From assembly GCA_021827785.1 (NCBI GenBank), contig JAKAUF010000360.1:1-38741 (forward strand): 38,741 nt of DNA, in the 5' to 3' direction. A program made the translations under genes and the position numbers. Shown in pieces: positions 1-8,693 of this stretch (position 1 is the first letter of the stretch; every line of letters starts with the position of its first letter). The notes beneath the pieces were generated by a model. It worked only from the letters and a program-made list of their open reading frames with translations, ran no database searches and was not told the origin of the DNA. Origin of the DNA: Acidobacteriota bacterium (GTDB taxonomy: Bacteria > Acidobacteriota > Terriglobia > Terriglobales > SCQP01).

Positions 1-1
1 T

Positions 2-634
2 AAACAACTGGCGGAAGAGTTGCGGGGCATGGGGCGGCGGGCGGAGACGGTCTCCGCCGACGCCATAAGCCCGGAGGGCATCGCCAAGCTGTTCAGCTTT
101 GTCGAGAGCCAGTTCGGGCACCTGGACATTTTCGTCAACAACGCGATTGACGTGGCGGCGTTTGGGCCGCTGATGCGGCAGAAAAAAGACGCCTGGGAGC
201 ACACGGTGCAACGCAACACGACGGCGCTGCTGCTGAGCGCGCAGAAATGCCGGGCGCTGATGAAGGGGCGGCGGGGCAAGATCCTCAGCCTTTCCAGTCT
301 GGGCTCGACGTATGTCATACCGGGGTACGCGCCGATTGGGGTCACCAAGGCCTCGACCGAGGCGCTGACGCGGTATTTGGCGGTGGAGCTGGGCAAGGAG
401 GGCATCAACGCCAACACGCTCTCCGCCGGGCCGGTGGATACCGACGCGCTGCGGCTGTTCTCCACCTATGGCCAAATGAAAGAAGCCTGCGAGACGCTCT
501 CCCCGGCCGGGCGCATCGGCACGGTGGAGGACGTGGCGGAGGTGGCGGTGTTTCTCTGTTCGGACGCCGCCAATTGGATCTACGGGCAGACGATTATCGC
601 CGATGGGGGCCTGTCCCTCATGAGCTTGCGCTAG
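2..634 (+). CDS. fabL: Enoyl-[ACP] reductase, FabL-type short-chain dehydrogenase (5' end cut by window edge)
   Basis: The reading frame is open to the left window edge ([11 protein letters not shown]...). SDR catalytic region LSLSSLGS...[12 protein letters not shown] (S...YxxxK). The stretch [32 protein letters not shown] closely parallels the remembered B. subtilis FabL [32 protein letters not shown]. C-terminal GQTIIADGG. Confidence 0.8.
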   Translation, partial: [210 protein letters not shown]

Positions 635-684
635 GCGGGCCGCGACGCCGCCAGCGACATTGAGAAACGGAAGGAAATACGCAA

Positions 685-1167
685 ATGCCGCCAGTCAATA
701 GCGCCGAGGAAGTTTTACAAATCCGGGAGACCGCCGACCGCGTGTTGGCCAGCCGCCATGCTGAGATTCTGGCCACGGTGCAAGCCGCCATCGCCGAGGT
801 GCTCGGATGCGAGGTGGAAGAGGTGAAACCCAATTCCAGCCTAATGGCCGATCTGCACGCGGAATCGCTGGATTTTCTGGATCTGCTGTTCCGGTTGGAG
901 TCGGCGTTTGGCATCAAGATTCCGCGCGGCGGGATCCAGAAGGCCACGCAGGGATCGCTGAAGGAAAGCGAATTCCAGCAAAACGGCGTGCTGACGGAAG
1001 CGGCGCTGGAGCGGCTGCGGCTGCTGATGCCGGAGGTGGATCCGCAGCGGCTGCATCCGGGGCTGACGTCGCGGGAAATCCCGGCGTTGTTTACCGCCGA
1101 AACGTTTACCCGGCTGGTGGCCTGGCGCCTGGGAGACGGCGAGGCGGCGAAGGCGCAAGTAGGGTAG
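685..1167 (+). CDS. Acyl carrier protein-like protein with long C-terminal extension (160 aa)
   Basis: ATG preceded by GGAAGGA. PP-binding core ...VKPNSSLMADLHAESLDFLDLLFRLESAFGIKIP, with the phosphopantetheine Ser in an (D/E)SLD context. About 75 further residues follow the ACP fold. Confidence 0.75.
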   Translation: MPPVNSAEEVLQIRETADRVLASRHAEILATVQAAIAEVLGCEVEEVKPNSSLMADLHAESLDFLDLLFRLESAFGIKIPRGGIQKATQGSLKESEFQQNGVLTEAALERLRLLMPEVDPQRLHPGLTSREIPALFTAETFTRLVAWRLGDGEAAKAQVG

Positions 1168-1171
1168 CGCG

Positions 1172-1705
1172 GTGCGTTTCCTGCTGATTGACCGGATCCT
1201 GGAGCTGGAGCCGGGGCGGTACGCGGTGGGCGTGAAGACGCCCAGCCTGGGCGAGGACTATTTCGCCGATCACTTTCCCGGCTTCCCGGTGGTTCCCGGG
1301 GTGCTGCTGGTGGAGGCGATGGCGCAACTGGCCGGGCGGCTGATCGCGTACTCGGTGCGGGCGGAAAGCGGCGAGGTGGTGCTGCCGGTGCTGCTGGGCA
1401 TCAGCCATGCGCGGTTCCGGCGCTTTGTCCGCGCCGGGGACCGGGTGGTGATCCGCGCGGAACTGCTGGGGCTGACCGACGGCGGCGGGCGCTGCAAGGC
1501 GGAGGCGCGGGTGGAGGAGCAGTTGGTGGCGGGAGCGGAAGTGATGCTGGGGTTCGACACCGGCCGGGGCGCCGGGGTGATCCCGATGGCGGCGCGCCAG
1601 AAGCTGGAATCGTGGGCCGATGACGTGAACCGGAATTTGCTGGGCGAGGAGCTGCACGCGCGGCTGACAGCGCCGCGGGCGCCGGCCCCGGAGGCGCAGG
1701 CGTGA
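1172..1705 (+). CDS. FabZ/FabA-like 3-hydroxyacyl-ACP dehydratase (hotdog fold)
   Basis: GTG start 4 nt after the ACP stop. Motif DHFPGFPVVPGVLLVEAMAQLAG (catalytic His in HFPG, Glu in VEAMAQ) is typical of FabZ. Confidence 0.85.
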   Translation: MRFLLIDRILELEPGRYAVGVKTPSLGEDYFADHFPGFPVVPGVLLVEAMAQLAGRLIAYSVRAESGEVVLPVLLGISHARFRRFVRAGDRVVIRAELLGLTDGGGRCKAEARVEEQLVAGAEVMLGFDTGRGAGVIPMAARQKLESWADDVNRNLLGEELHARLTAPRAPAPEAQA

Positions 1706-3042
1706 CGGCGGGGGGCAATGGAGCGGGCCGAAACGGTGCGGGACGCCGCCGCCGGGTGGTGATCACCGGCCTGGGCGCGGTCACGCCGGTGGGCCAAACG
1801 GTGGAGGAGACGTGGCGGTCGCTGCAAGCGGGGCGCTGCGGCATTGATCGCATCTCGGTCTTCGACGCCAGCACCTTCGAGACGCAGATCGGCGGCGAGG
1901 TGCGGGGATTCCGCTTCGACCAACTGGGCGCGCCGGCGGCGGTGGCGGAGGTGCTGGACCGCAAGAACAGCTTTGGCTTCGCGGCCGCGCAACAGGCGAT
2001 GGTGGATGCCGGGCTGGCGCGGGCGGACGCGGCGCCGGGTCCGCCGTCGGAGGAGTTGGTGGAGCCGACCCGGTTCGGCATCAGCCTGGGCACGGAAGGG
2101 CGGCGGGACCGGCTATTGCCGGAGCTGCGCAGCCGCAAACTGGCGCCGGCGGGTTTGGAGGCGCGGCGCCAGGCGCTGGCGGAAGTGCCCGGGGATGAAT
2201 ACCTGCGCTACTCGCCGTATGGGCTGGCGTACCTGCTGAGCGGGACGTGGGGCGCGCGGGGGCCGATCACGACCATTTCCACCGCCTGCACGTCGAGTTC
2301 GCAGGCGCTGGGCTACGCGCTGGAGAAAATCCGCTACGGCGATGCGGACGTCATGTTGGCGGGCGGGGCGGAATGCCTGATGGAGCCGACGATGGTGGCG
2401 AGTTTTATTTTGCTCGGCGCGCTGTCGAAGCGGAACGATTCGCCGCAAACGGCGTCGCGGCCGTTTGACGCCACGCGCGACGGATTCGTGCTGGCGGAGG
2501 GAGCCGCGATGCTGGTGCTGGAGGATGCCTGGCACGCCTACCGGCGCGGGGCTCGCATCTACGGCGAGGTGGCGGGCTTCGGCTGCTCGATCAACGCCTA
2601 CCGGATCACGGATTCGCCGCCGGACGGGGAAGGGCCGTTTTTGGCCATGCGGGCGGCATTGGAAGACGCCGGGATTCGCGCCGAGGACGTGGATTACGTC
2701 AACGCCCACGGCACTTCGACGGTGCAGAACGACGCCAGCGAGACGATGGCGATCAAGCGCTGCCTGGGCGGGTACGCCCAGCGGGTGCCGGTGAGCTCGA
2801 CGAAATCCATGACCGGGCACATGGTGAATGCGGCCGGGGCGATCGAGGCGGTGATTTCGACGCTGGCGATTCGGGACGGGTACATTCCGCCGACGATCAA
2901 TTACGAACATCCCGACCCGGCCTGCGATTTGGACTGCGTGCCCAACACCGGGCGGCGGCAGACGGTGCGGACGGTGGTCTCGAACTCCTTCGGTTTTGGC
3001 GGGTCGAACGGCTCGCTGGTGATCCGGGCCTATGTCGCTTGA
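1702..3042 (+). CDS. Beta-ketoacyl-ACP synthase (KS, FabF/FabB-like, catalytically complete)
   Basis: GTGA start/stop overlap with the dehydratase gene. Cys-His-His triad present: TISTACTSSSQALG, VNAHGTSTVQND, STKSMTGHMVNAAG. C-terminal NSFGFGGSNGSLVI. Confidence 0.9.
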   Translation: MTAGGNGAGRNGAGRRRRVVITGLGAVTPVGQTVEETWRSLQAGRCGIDRISVFDASTFETQIGGEVRGFRFDQLGAPAAVAEVLDRKNSFGFAAAQQAMVDAGLARADAAPGPPSEELVEPTRFGISLGTEGRRDRLLPELRSRKLAPAGLEARRQALAEVPGDEYLRYSPYGLAYLLSGTWGARGPITTISTACTSSSQALGYALEKIRYGDADVMLAGGAECLMEPTMVASFILLGALSKRNDSPQTASRPFDATRDGFVLAEGAAMLVLEDAWHAYRRGARIYGEVAGFGCSINAYRITDSPPDGEGPFLAMRAALEDAGIRAEDVDYVNAHGTSTVQNDASETMAIKRCLGGYAQRVPVSSTKSMTGHMVNAAGAIEAVISTLAIRDGYIPPTINYEHPDPACDLDCVPNTGRRQTVRTVVSNSFGFGGSNGSLVIRAYVA

Positions 3043-4366
3043 GATGGAGGCGGGAGTGAACGGGCGGGGCGGCGGACGGCGCGTGGTGATCACGGGAGTG
3101 GGGCTGGTGTCGCCGCTGGGTAACGATGCCGAAACGTTGTGGCGCGAGCTGGCGGCGGGGCGCTCGGGGCTGGAGCGGGCGGAGGAGTTCGCCACCGGAG
3201 GGTTCCGCACGCAGGCCTGCGGCCGGGTCCGGGAGTTCAACCCGCGGAAACTGATCGCCGACGCCAAGACGCTGAAACTGATGACCCGGCCGGTGCGGCT
3301 GGGGGTGGCGGCCTTGGAGCTGGCGGTGGCGGACGCGCGGCTGGATTTGAGCCACGTGGATCCGTTTCGCGTCGCCTCCTACGTGGGTTCGCCGGGGCAC
3401 GCGGGCGACCGCGACGAGCTGCTGCCGGCGCTGGAGCGGGCCAGCCGCGGCGGGGACGATACGTTGGATTTGCAGGCGTTTGGCGCCGAAGGCATCGCCA
3501 CCATCAATCCCTTGTGGCTGCTGAAGAGCCTGGCCAACATCGTGCTGTATTTCGTCAGCATGAAGGTGGGGGCGCAGGGACCAAACGGCAACATCTGCAT
3601 GAGCGGCGCCGGCGGCGTGATGGCCATCGGGGAGGCGTTCCGCTGCTTGCGGCGGGGGGCGGCGGACATCGCGGTGGCGGGGGGATACGAATCGCTGCTG
3701 GAGGAGGAGCGGCTGGAGAGCTTCGAGCCGTCCGGGCTGCTGTACCTGGGCAATGGGGTGGCGGCGCAGGCCAGCCGGCCGTTTGATCGCGACCGCGCGG
3801 GGTTCGTGCCGGCGGAGGGCGCGGCGTTCGTGGTGCTGGAGGAACGCGAGGCGGCGCTGCGGCGCGGAGCGCGCATCTACGGCGAAGTCACCGGCTACGG
3901 GCTGGGCAGTCCCGGCTGCGTGGGACGGCCGAGCGAAACCGCGGAGGCCTTCCTGGGCGCGATGCAGGCGGCGGTGGCGGACGCGCGCCGCGATCCGTGG
4001 GAACTGGACGCGATTTCGGCCTACGGGCTGGGGACGGTGCAGAGCGACCGGGCGGAGGCCGAGGCGCTGAAGGCGTTGCTGACGGCGCGGGCGGCGTATG
4101 TGCCGGTGACGGCGGTGAAATCCGCGACGGGCAATTTTTCCGCGGGCTCCGGGCCGCTGGAAGTGATCGCCGGCTGCGGCGTGTTGCAGGGGGCGATGCC
4201 GGGTTTGCCGGCGATCCTGAACTGCGAGCATCCCGATCCGGATCTGGGGCTGGATTACGTGCGCGGCCGGCCGCGGGCGGGCAGCTATCGCCGGCTGTTA
4301 GTCAATTCCGCCAGCCTGTCCGGGGCCGCCGCCAGCGTGGTGCTGGAAAGCGGCGATCCGGCCTAG
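3032..4366 (+). CDS. KS-like chain-length-factor-type protein (KS-beta, no catalytic triad)
   Basis: 11-nt overlap with the upstream KS. Full-length KS fold (VVITGVGLVSPLG...), but the active-site positions read GPNGNICMSGAGGVMAIG (Gly where KS has Cys, by identical spacing), SAYGLGT (His->Tyr) and KSATGN (His->Asn). Confidence 0.8.
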   Translation: MSLEMEAGVNGRGGGRRVVITGVGLVSPLGNDAETLWRELAAGRSGLERAEEFATGGFRTQACGRVREFNPRKLIADAKTLKLMTRPVRLGVAALELAVADARLDLSHVDPFRVASYVGSPGHAGDRDELLPALERASRGGDDTLDLQAFGAEGIATINPLWLLKSLANIVLYFVSMKVGAQGPNGNICMSGAGGVMAIGEAFRCLRRGAADIAVAGGYESLLEEERLESFEPSGLLYLGNGVAAQASRPFDRDRAGFVPAEGAAFVVLEEREAALRRGARIYGEVTGYGLGSPGCVGRPSETAEAFLGAMQAAVADARRDPWELDAISAYGLGTVQSDRAEAEALKALLTARAAYVPVTAVKSATGNFSAGSGPLEVIAGCGVLQGAMPGLPAILNCEHPDPDLGLDYVRGRPRAGSYRRLLVNSASLSGAAASVVLESGDPA

Positions 4367-4429
4367 CGCCGCCGCGGGCGGCGCCGCGGGGGCGGGAGCC
4401 AATTGGGAATGGGAGCGAATGGGCAAGGC

Positions 4430-5176
4430 ATGAACCGCTTACAAGGCAAATTCGCATTGGTCACCGGGGGTAGCCGGGGCATCGGGCGCGCCGTCGCCTT
4501 GCGCTTGGCGCAGGAAGGCGCGCGGGTGGCGGTCAACTATCGGGCCAATGCCGGGGCCGCGGAGGAGGTCGTAGCCGCCATCACCGCCGGCGGCGGGCAG
4601 GGACAAGCCTTTGCCGGCGACGTCAGCCAGCCGGAGGCGGCGAAAGCCCTGGTGGAAGGGGTGGCGCAGGAGTTCGGGCGGTTGGACATTCTGGTGAACA
4701 ACGCCGGCATGGTGCGCGACGGCCTGCTGCTGACGATGGATGACGCGCAGTGGCGGCAGGTGCTGGCGACCAATTTGGACGGGGTGTTCTATTGCTGCCG
4801 GACGGCGGCGCGGATCATGTTGCGGCAGCGCTATGGGCGCATCGTCAACATGTCGTCGGTCGCGGGGGATACGCCCAACCGCGGGCAGGTGAATTACGCC
4901 GCCTCCAAGGGGGGCATCAATGCGCTGACGAAGGCCTTGGCGCAGGAGCTGGCCAGCAAGAACATCACGGTGAACGCGGTGGCGCCCGGCATGATCGAGA
5001 CCGAGATGAGCCAGGAGGTGCGGGAACTGGCGGGGCCGGAAATTCTGAAGCATATCGCCCTGAAGCGCTACGGCAAACCGGAGGACATCGCCGCGGCGGT
5101 GGCGTTCTTGGCTTCGCCGGACGCGGACTACATTACCGGCCAAGTGTTGCGCGTGGACGGGGGACTAGCCGGGTGA
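4430..5176 (+). CDS. fabG: 3-oxoacyl-[ACP] reductase (FabG-type SDR)
   Basis: LVTGGSRGIGRA (TGxxxGIG), NNAG, MSSVAG, YAASKGG (YxxxK), ITGQVLRVDGG. An alternative upstream start exists at 4403. Confidence 0.9.
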   Translation: MNRLQGKFALVTGGSRGIGRAVALRLAQEGARVAVNYRANAGAAEEVVAAITAGGGQGQAFAGDVSQPEAAKALVEGVAQEFGRLDILVNNAGMVRDGLLLTMDDAQWRQVLATNLDGVFYCCRTAARIMLRQRYGRIVNMSSVAGDTPNRGQVNYAASKGGINALTKALAQELASKNITVNAVAPGMIETEMSQEVRELAGPEILKHIALKRYGKPEDIAAAVAFLASPDADYITGQVLRVDGGLAG

Positions 5177-5964
5177 AGGCGGCGGCGGAGCGGGAACGCG
5201 AAGCGGTGGTGACGGGCAGCGGCGTGCTGCTGCCATGGGGCGTGGGGCCGGCGGCGCTGGCGGCGACGGGCGCGGCGGGCCGCATCAGCAGCTTCAATCC
5301 GCGCGAGTACATTCACAATGCCAAGGCGCTGCGGGCCATGCATCGCGGCTTCCAGTTGACCACGGCGGCGGCGGCGTTGGCCCTGAGCGCGGCGGGATTG
5401 GGCGGCGACGCGGAGGGGCTGGCGGCAGCCGGGCTGGACCCGGAACGCGCCGGGGTGGTGATCGCGGCGGCGGACATCCAGCCGGTGACGCCGGATTTGC
5501 TGGCGGTGCTGGCGGCGCAGGAGGACAGCAGCGAGCCGGCGGGATGGGGGGAGGCGGCGCTGCACGGGTTGCACCCGTTTCGCCGGCTGCACCTGCTATC
5601 GAACATGGCGGCGGCGCATGTGTCCATTCTGTTCAATTTCCAAGGCCCGAGTTTGACGCTGACCAGCGGGGCGGAGGCCGGGGCGCAGGCGCTGGAGGAG
5701 GCGGCAGGGCTGCTGGCCGAGGGGCGCGCGGACGTGGTGCTCTGCGCGGCCAGCGACTGCCCGGAACAAACGCTGACGCCGGGGGAGGGGGAAGCGGCGG
5801 TGGCGCTGGTGCTGGAGGCGCGCGGCGTGGCGCAGCGGCGCGGCGTGCGCGGCGCGCAAGACTGGCGGGGCGGAGAACCGGACGCGTCGTGGGCCGAAGG
5901 GTGGCCGCAGTGCGCCGCGTTATTGGCGGCGTCGCGCGCCGCCGCTCGGGTGGAGGCGGGGTAG
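5173..5964 (+). CDS. Truncated KS N-terminal-domain-like protein (short CLF-like partner, no active-site Cys)
   Basis: GTG overlaps the fabG stop (GTGA). The sequence AVVTGSGVLLPWG...NMAAAHVSILFNFQGPSLTLTSGAEAGAQALEEA...DVVLCAASD follows the KS N-domain pattern, with Ala at the Cys position. The protein ends after about 263 aa, with no C-terminal His-containing domain. The first 141 codons of track ORF 4750..5964 are a frame artifact over fabG. Confidence 0.65.
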   Translation: MKAAAEREREAVVTGSGVLLPWGVGPAALAATGAAGRISSFNPREYIHNAKALRAMHRGFQLTTAAAALALSAAGLGGDAEGLAAAGLDPERAGVVIAAADIQPVTPDLLAVLAAQEDSSEPAGWGEAALHGLHPFRRLHLLSNMAAAHVSILFNFQGPSLTLTSGAEAGAQALEEAAGLLAEGRADVVLCAASDCPEQTLTPGEGEAAVALVLEARGVAQRRGVRGAQDWRGGEPDASWAEGWPQCAALLAASRAAARVEAG

Positions 5965-5966
5965 GG

Positions 5967-7214
5967 ATGGCGCGGCGGCGGGAGGTCTGGATCAGCGGCG
6001 TGGGAGTGGTGAGCGCGCTGGGCGTGGGCGTGGCGGCGCACCGCGCGGCGCTGGCGGCGGGCCGGGGAGGAATCAACTGGATCCGGCATTTTCCCAGCAG
6101 CGGTTTTCCGGTGCGCATCGCCGGCGAAGCGCCGGCCGCGGGGCTGCCGCCGGGTCCGGGGCGGCTGCACTATTTCGCCGCGGTGGCGCTGGCGGAGGCG
6201 CTGGACCAGGCGGCGCTGCCGCGGCCCGAAGGGGGCGACGATGCGGCGCGAGCGGTGGTGTGGGCGGTGGGCAAGCCGGCGCTGCCGGTGGACGCAATGG
6301 CGGGCTGGGCGGCGACGGGGAAGGGATGGGACTGGAGCGAACTGCGGCGGCGTTATATCCGGAGCTTGCAGGAAAAGCAGCTGACCCCCGCGGATCTGCT
6401 GCGGCGCTTGGCGCGCGCCGGCGGGGCCGGGGGGCGGCGGGTGGCGTGCTACACCGCCTGCGCGTCGGGCAACGACGCGCTGGGCATGGGCAAGCGGATG
6501 ATCGAGCGCGGCGAGGCCGAGGTGGTGCTGGCCGGCGGAGCGGACTCCCAGGTGGACCCGTTGAGTTTGCTGGAATTTGAACTCCTGGCGGCGCTGGCCC
6601 ATCCCGCGCCGGGCGAGGATCCGGCGACGGTGTGCCGGCCGTTCGACCAGCGGCGCAGCGGTTTCGTGGTGGGCGAGGGCGCCGGAGCGCTGGTGTTGGA
6701 ATCGGAGGATCACTTGCGCCGCCGCGGCGGGGAGCCGCTGGCGCGGCTGGCGGGGTATGGCAGTTCGCTGGACGCCTTTGGCCTCACCAAATGTCATCCG
6801 GAGGGCCGGGGCGCGGCGGCGGCGATGCGCGCGGCGCTGGCCGACGCGGGCGCAACGCCCACGGCGGTGGACTACATCAACGCGCACGGCACGGGAACGG
6901 TGCTGAACGACCGCGCCGAGGCGGCGGCCATCCATCGGGTGTTTGGCGCCGCGGCGCGGGAGGTGGCGATCAGCAGCACCAAGGCGATGACCGGGCATTT
7001 GATCGCCGCCGCCTCGGCGGTGGAGGCGGTGTTGTCGGTGCTGGGGTTGGAGGACGGATTTATTCCGCCCTCGCTGAACTATCGCGACCCGGATCCGGAA
7101 TGCGACCTGAACGTGGTCACCGGCCGCGGGCGGCGGGGGCCGGTGCGGATGGTGCTGTCCAATGGGTTTGGGTTCGGCGGACAGAACGCCTGCGTGGTGC
7201 TGGCCAGGGCATGA
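5967..7214 (+). CDS. Beta-ketoacyl-ACP synthase (second catalytically complete KS)
   Basis: ATG 3 nt after the preceding stop. CYTACASGNDALG (Cys), INAHGTGTVLND (His), STKAMTGHLIAAAS (His), NGFGFGGQNACVVL. Confidence 0.9.
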   Translation: MARRREVWISGVGVVSALGVGVAAHRAALAAGRGGINWIRHFPSSGFPVRIAGEAPAAGLPPGPGRLHYFAAVALAEALDQAALPRPEGGDDAARAVVWAVGKPALPVDAMAGWAATGKGWDWSELRRRYIRSLQEKQLTPADLLRRLARAGGAGGRRVACYTACASGNDALGMGKRMIERGEAEVVLAGGADSQVDPLSLLEFELLAALAHPAPGEDPATVCRPFDQRRSGFVVGEGAGALVLESEDHLRRRGGEPLARLAGYGSSLDAFGLTKCHPEGRGAAAAMRAALADAGATPTAVDYINAHGTGTVLNDRAEAAAIHRVFGAAAREVAISSTKAMTGHLIAAASAVEAVLSVLGLEDGFIPPSLNYRDPDPECDLNVVTGRGRRGPVRMVLSNGFGFGGQNACVVLARA

Positions 7215-7302
7215 ACCCGAGAAACCATGGGACGGCGGGCCGGAGGCGCGGCGCGGGCGGGAGCGCGGCCGAGGCGAGGTATGCCATTGTGGAGGAAGGG
7301 CC

Positions 7303-8640
7303 ATGCTAGAGGGCATTTTCGATTTTCTCGACCGCCGCTTCCTGCGCACGCCGGAAAACCGGCTGTGGATGGCGCAGCGGCTGCCGCCGGGGTTGATTAC
7401 GCGCTTGCAGGCGGGCAAGTTCGCCGCGACGGTGCGCTATGCGGCGCAGCATTCGCGGTTTTACCAGGAAAAGTTCCGCGAGCACGGCATTGACCCGGCC
7501 CAGGTGCGCACCCATGCCGATCTGGGCGACTTCTTCACGACGCCGGAAGATTTGCGGGAACGGCCGGTGGAGGATTTTCTCTGCGCCAAGCCGGAGTTCG
7601 GTTTCGAAACCACCGGGACCTCGATGGGCATCAACAAGCGCGTGTATTTCTCCTACCAGGAGATGTTCGATTACGGCCGCGACGGGGCGGTGGGGTTGTA
7701 CAACCTGGGGCTGCGCCCGGAGGATGTGGTGGCGGACGGGTTTGACTACTCGTTTTGGAACGCGCCGTTCACCGCCTATTACTCGATCATGGCGATCGGG
7801 GCGTTTCACGTCATCGGCGCCTTCGTCGAACCGCAGGAGTTTTACGACCGCATCAAGGTGTACAAGCCGAACGTGATCATGGGCGTGCCGACGCATCTGG
7901 TGCGCGTGACCGAGGTGGCGGAACGCTGCGGCACCTGGCCGGTGAAGCTGGTGTTCCTGGGCGGCGAGAACCTGAGCGAGCGCACGCGGCAGTACATGCA
8001 GGGCGTCTGGCGCGGGGCGAAAGTGCATCTGAGCTACGGCCAGACCGAAGCCTTCGGCATGAACGGGGTGGAATGCCCGGAAAAGGGCGGCTATCACCTC
8101 GGCGCCCTGGCGCTGACCAGCGAGATCTTGAACCCGGATGAGGAAGGCTATGGGGAACTGGCGTACACGACGCTGAACCGCACGGTCATGCCGCTGATTC
8201 GCTACCGCTCGGCGGACATCACGCGCTGGGCCAGTGACGGGGAATGCCATTGCGGGCTGCGGATCATGCCGCGGATCGGCAAGATCATCGGCCGCAGCGA
8301 CGAGCTGATCAACTGCTCGATGGGCAACATCAGCCCGTACTGGTTCGAGGAGATGCTGCGCGGCGTTCCGGAGGTGACCGACGACTGGCAGGTGTTCGTG
8401 CGGCGGGGCGACCGCGATGACCGCATCGAGTTCCATTTGGAACTGGTCAACGGCGCGTCGCCGGAGGAAGTGAAAAATCTCATTTTCCGCAACATCGAGA
8501 GCCGGTTTCCGGATTGCTGGCGGTATTATCAGAAGCGATTTTTCGAATTCGATTTCCAGTTTCACGCGCCGCGGACGATTAGCGAAGGCCGCAAACTGAA
8601 GCGGCTGATTGACGCGCGGCGGGATGCGTGGAATCAATAA
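7303..8640 (+). CDS. Phenylacetate-CoA ligase / coenzyme F390 synthetase-like adenylate-forming enzyme
   Basis: ATG preceded by GGAGGAAGGG. PaaK-family pattern: FYQEKFREHGIDP, ETTGTSMGINKRVYFS (P-loop-like), SYGQTEAFG, RYRSADI, CHCGL..PRIGKIIGRSDELI..MGNISP. Confidence 0.8.
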   Translation: MLEGIFDFLDRRFLRTPENRLWMAQRLPPGLITRLQAGKFAATVRYAAQHSRFYQEKFREHGIDPAQVRTHADLGDFFTTPEDLRERPVEDFLCAKPEFGFETTGTSMGINKRVYFSYQEMFDYGRDGAVGLYNLGLRPEDVVADGFDYSFWNAPFTAYYSIMAIGAFHVIGAFVEPQEFYDRIKVYKPNVIMGVPTHLVRVTEVAERCGTWPVKLVFLGGENLSERTRQYMQGVWRGAKVHLSYGQTEAFGMNGVECPEKGGYHLGALALTSEILNPDEEGYGELAYTTLNRTVMPLIRYRSADITRWASDGECHCGLRIMPRIGKIIGRSDELINCSMGNISPYWFEEMLRGVPEVTDDWQVFVRRGDRDDRIEFHLELVNGASPEEVKNLIFRNIESRFPDCWRYYQKRFFEFDFQFHAPRTISEGRKLKRLIDARRDAWNQ

Positions 8641-8693
8641 GCGGAGCCGCCGTCGGCCGCGGCTCACCAATTGCCAGGAAAGGCGGAGAGATC

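Noticed and set aside
4750-5172. The 5' 141 codons of track ORF 4750..5964, which would give a 404-aa protein overlapping fabG.
   Set aside because: This part overlaps fabG out of frame and translates to Gly/Arg-rich nonsense. KS-like similarity begins only after the GTG at 5173, which overlaps the fabG stop. I therefore called 5173..5964.
5313-7418. Very long antisense or alternative-frame ORFs. Examples are 5313..7418 (-) at 701 aa, 26648..29212 (-) at 854 aa, 2897..4231 (-), 7306..8670 (-), 8703..9998 (-) and 18476..19726 (-).
   Set aside because: Their translations are Arg/Pro/Ala/Gly-rich low-complexity strings with no recognisable motifs. Each lies exactly opposite or out of frame to an ORF with clear family signatures. 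This is the typical shadow-ORF pattern of high-GC DNA.
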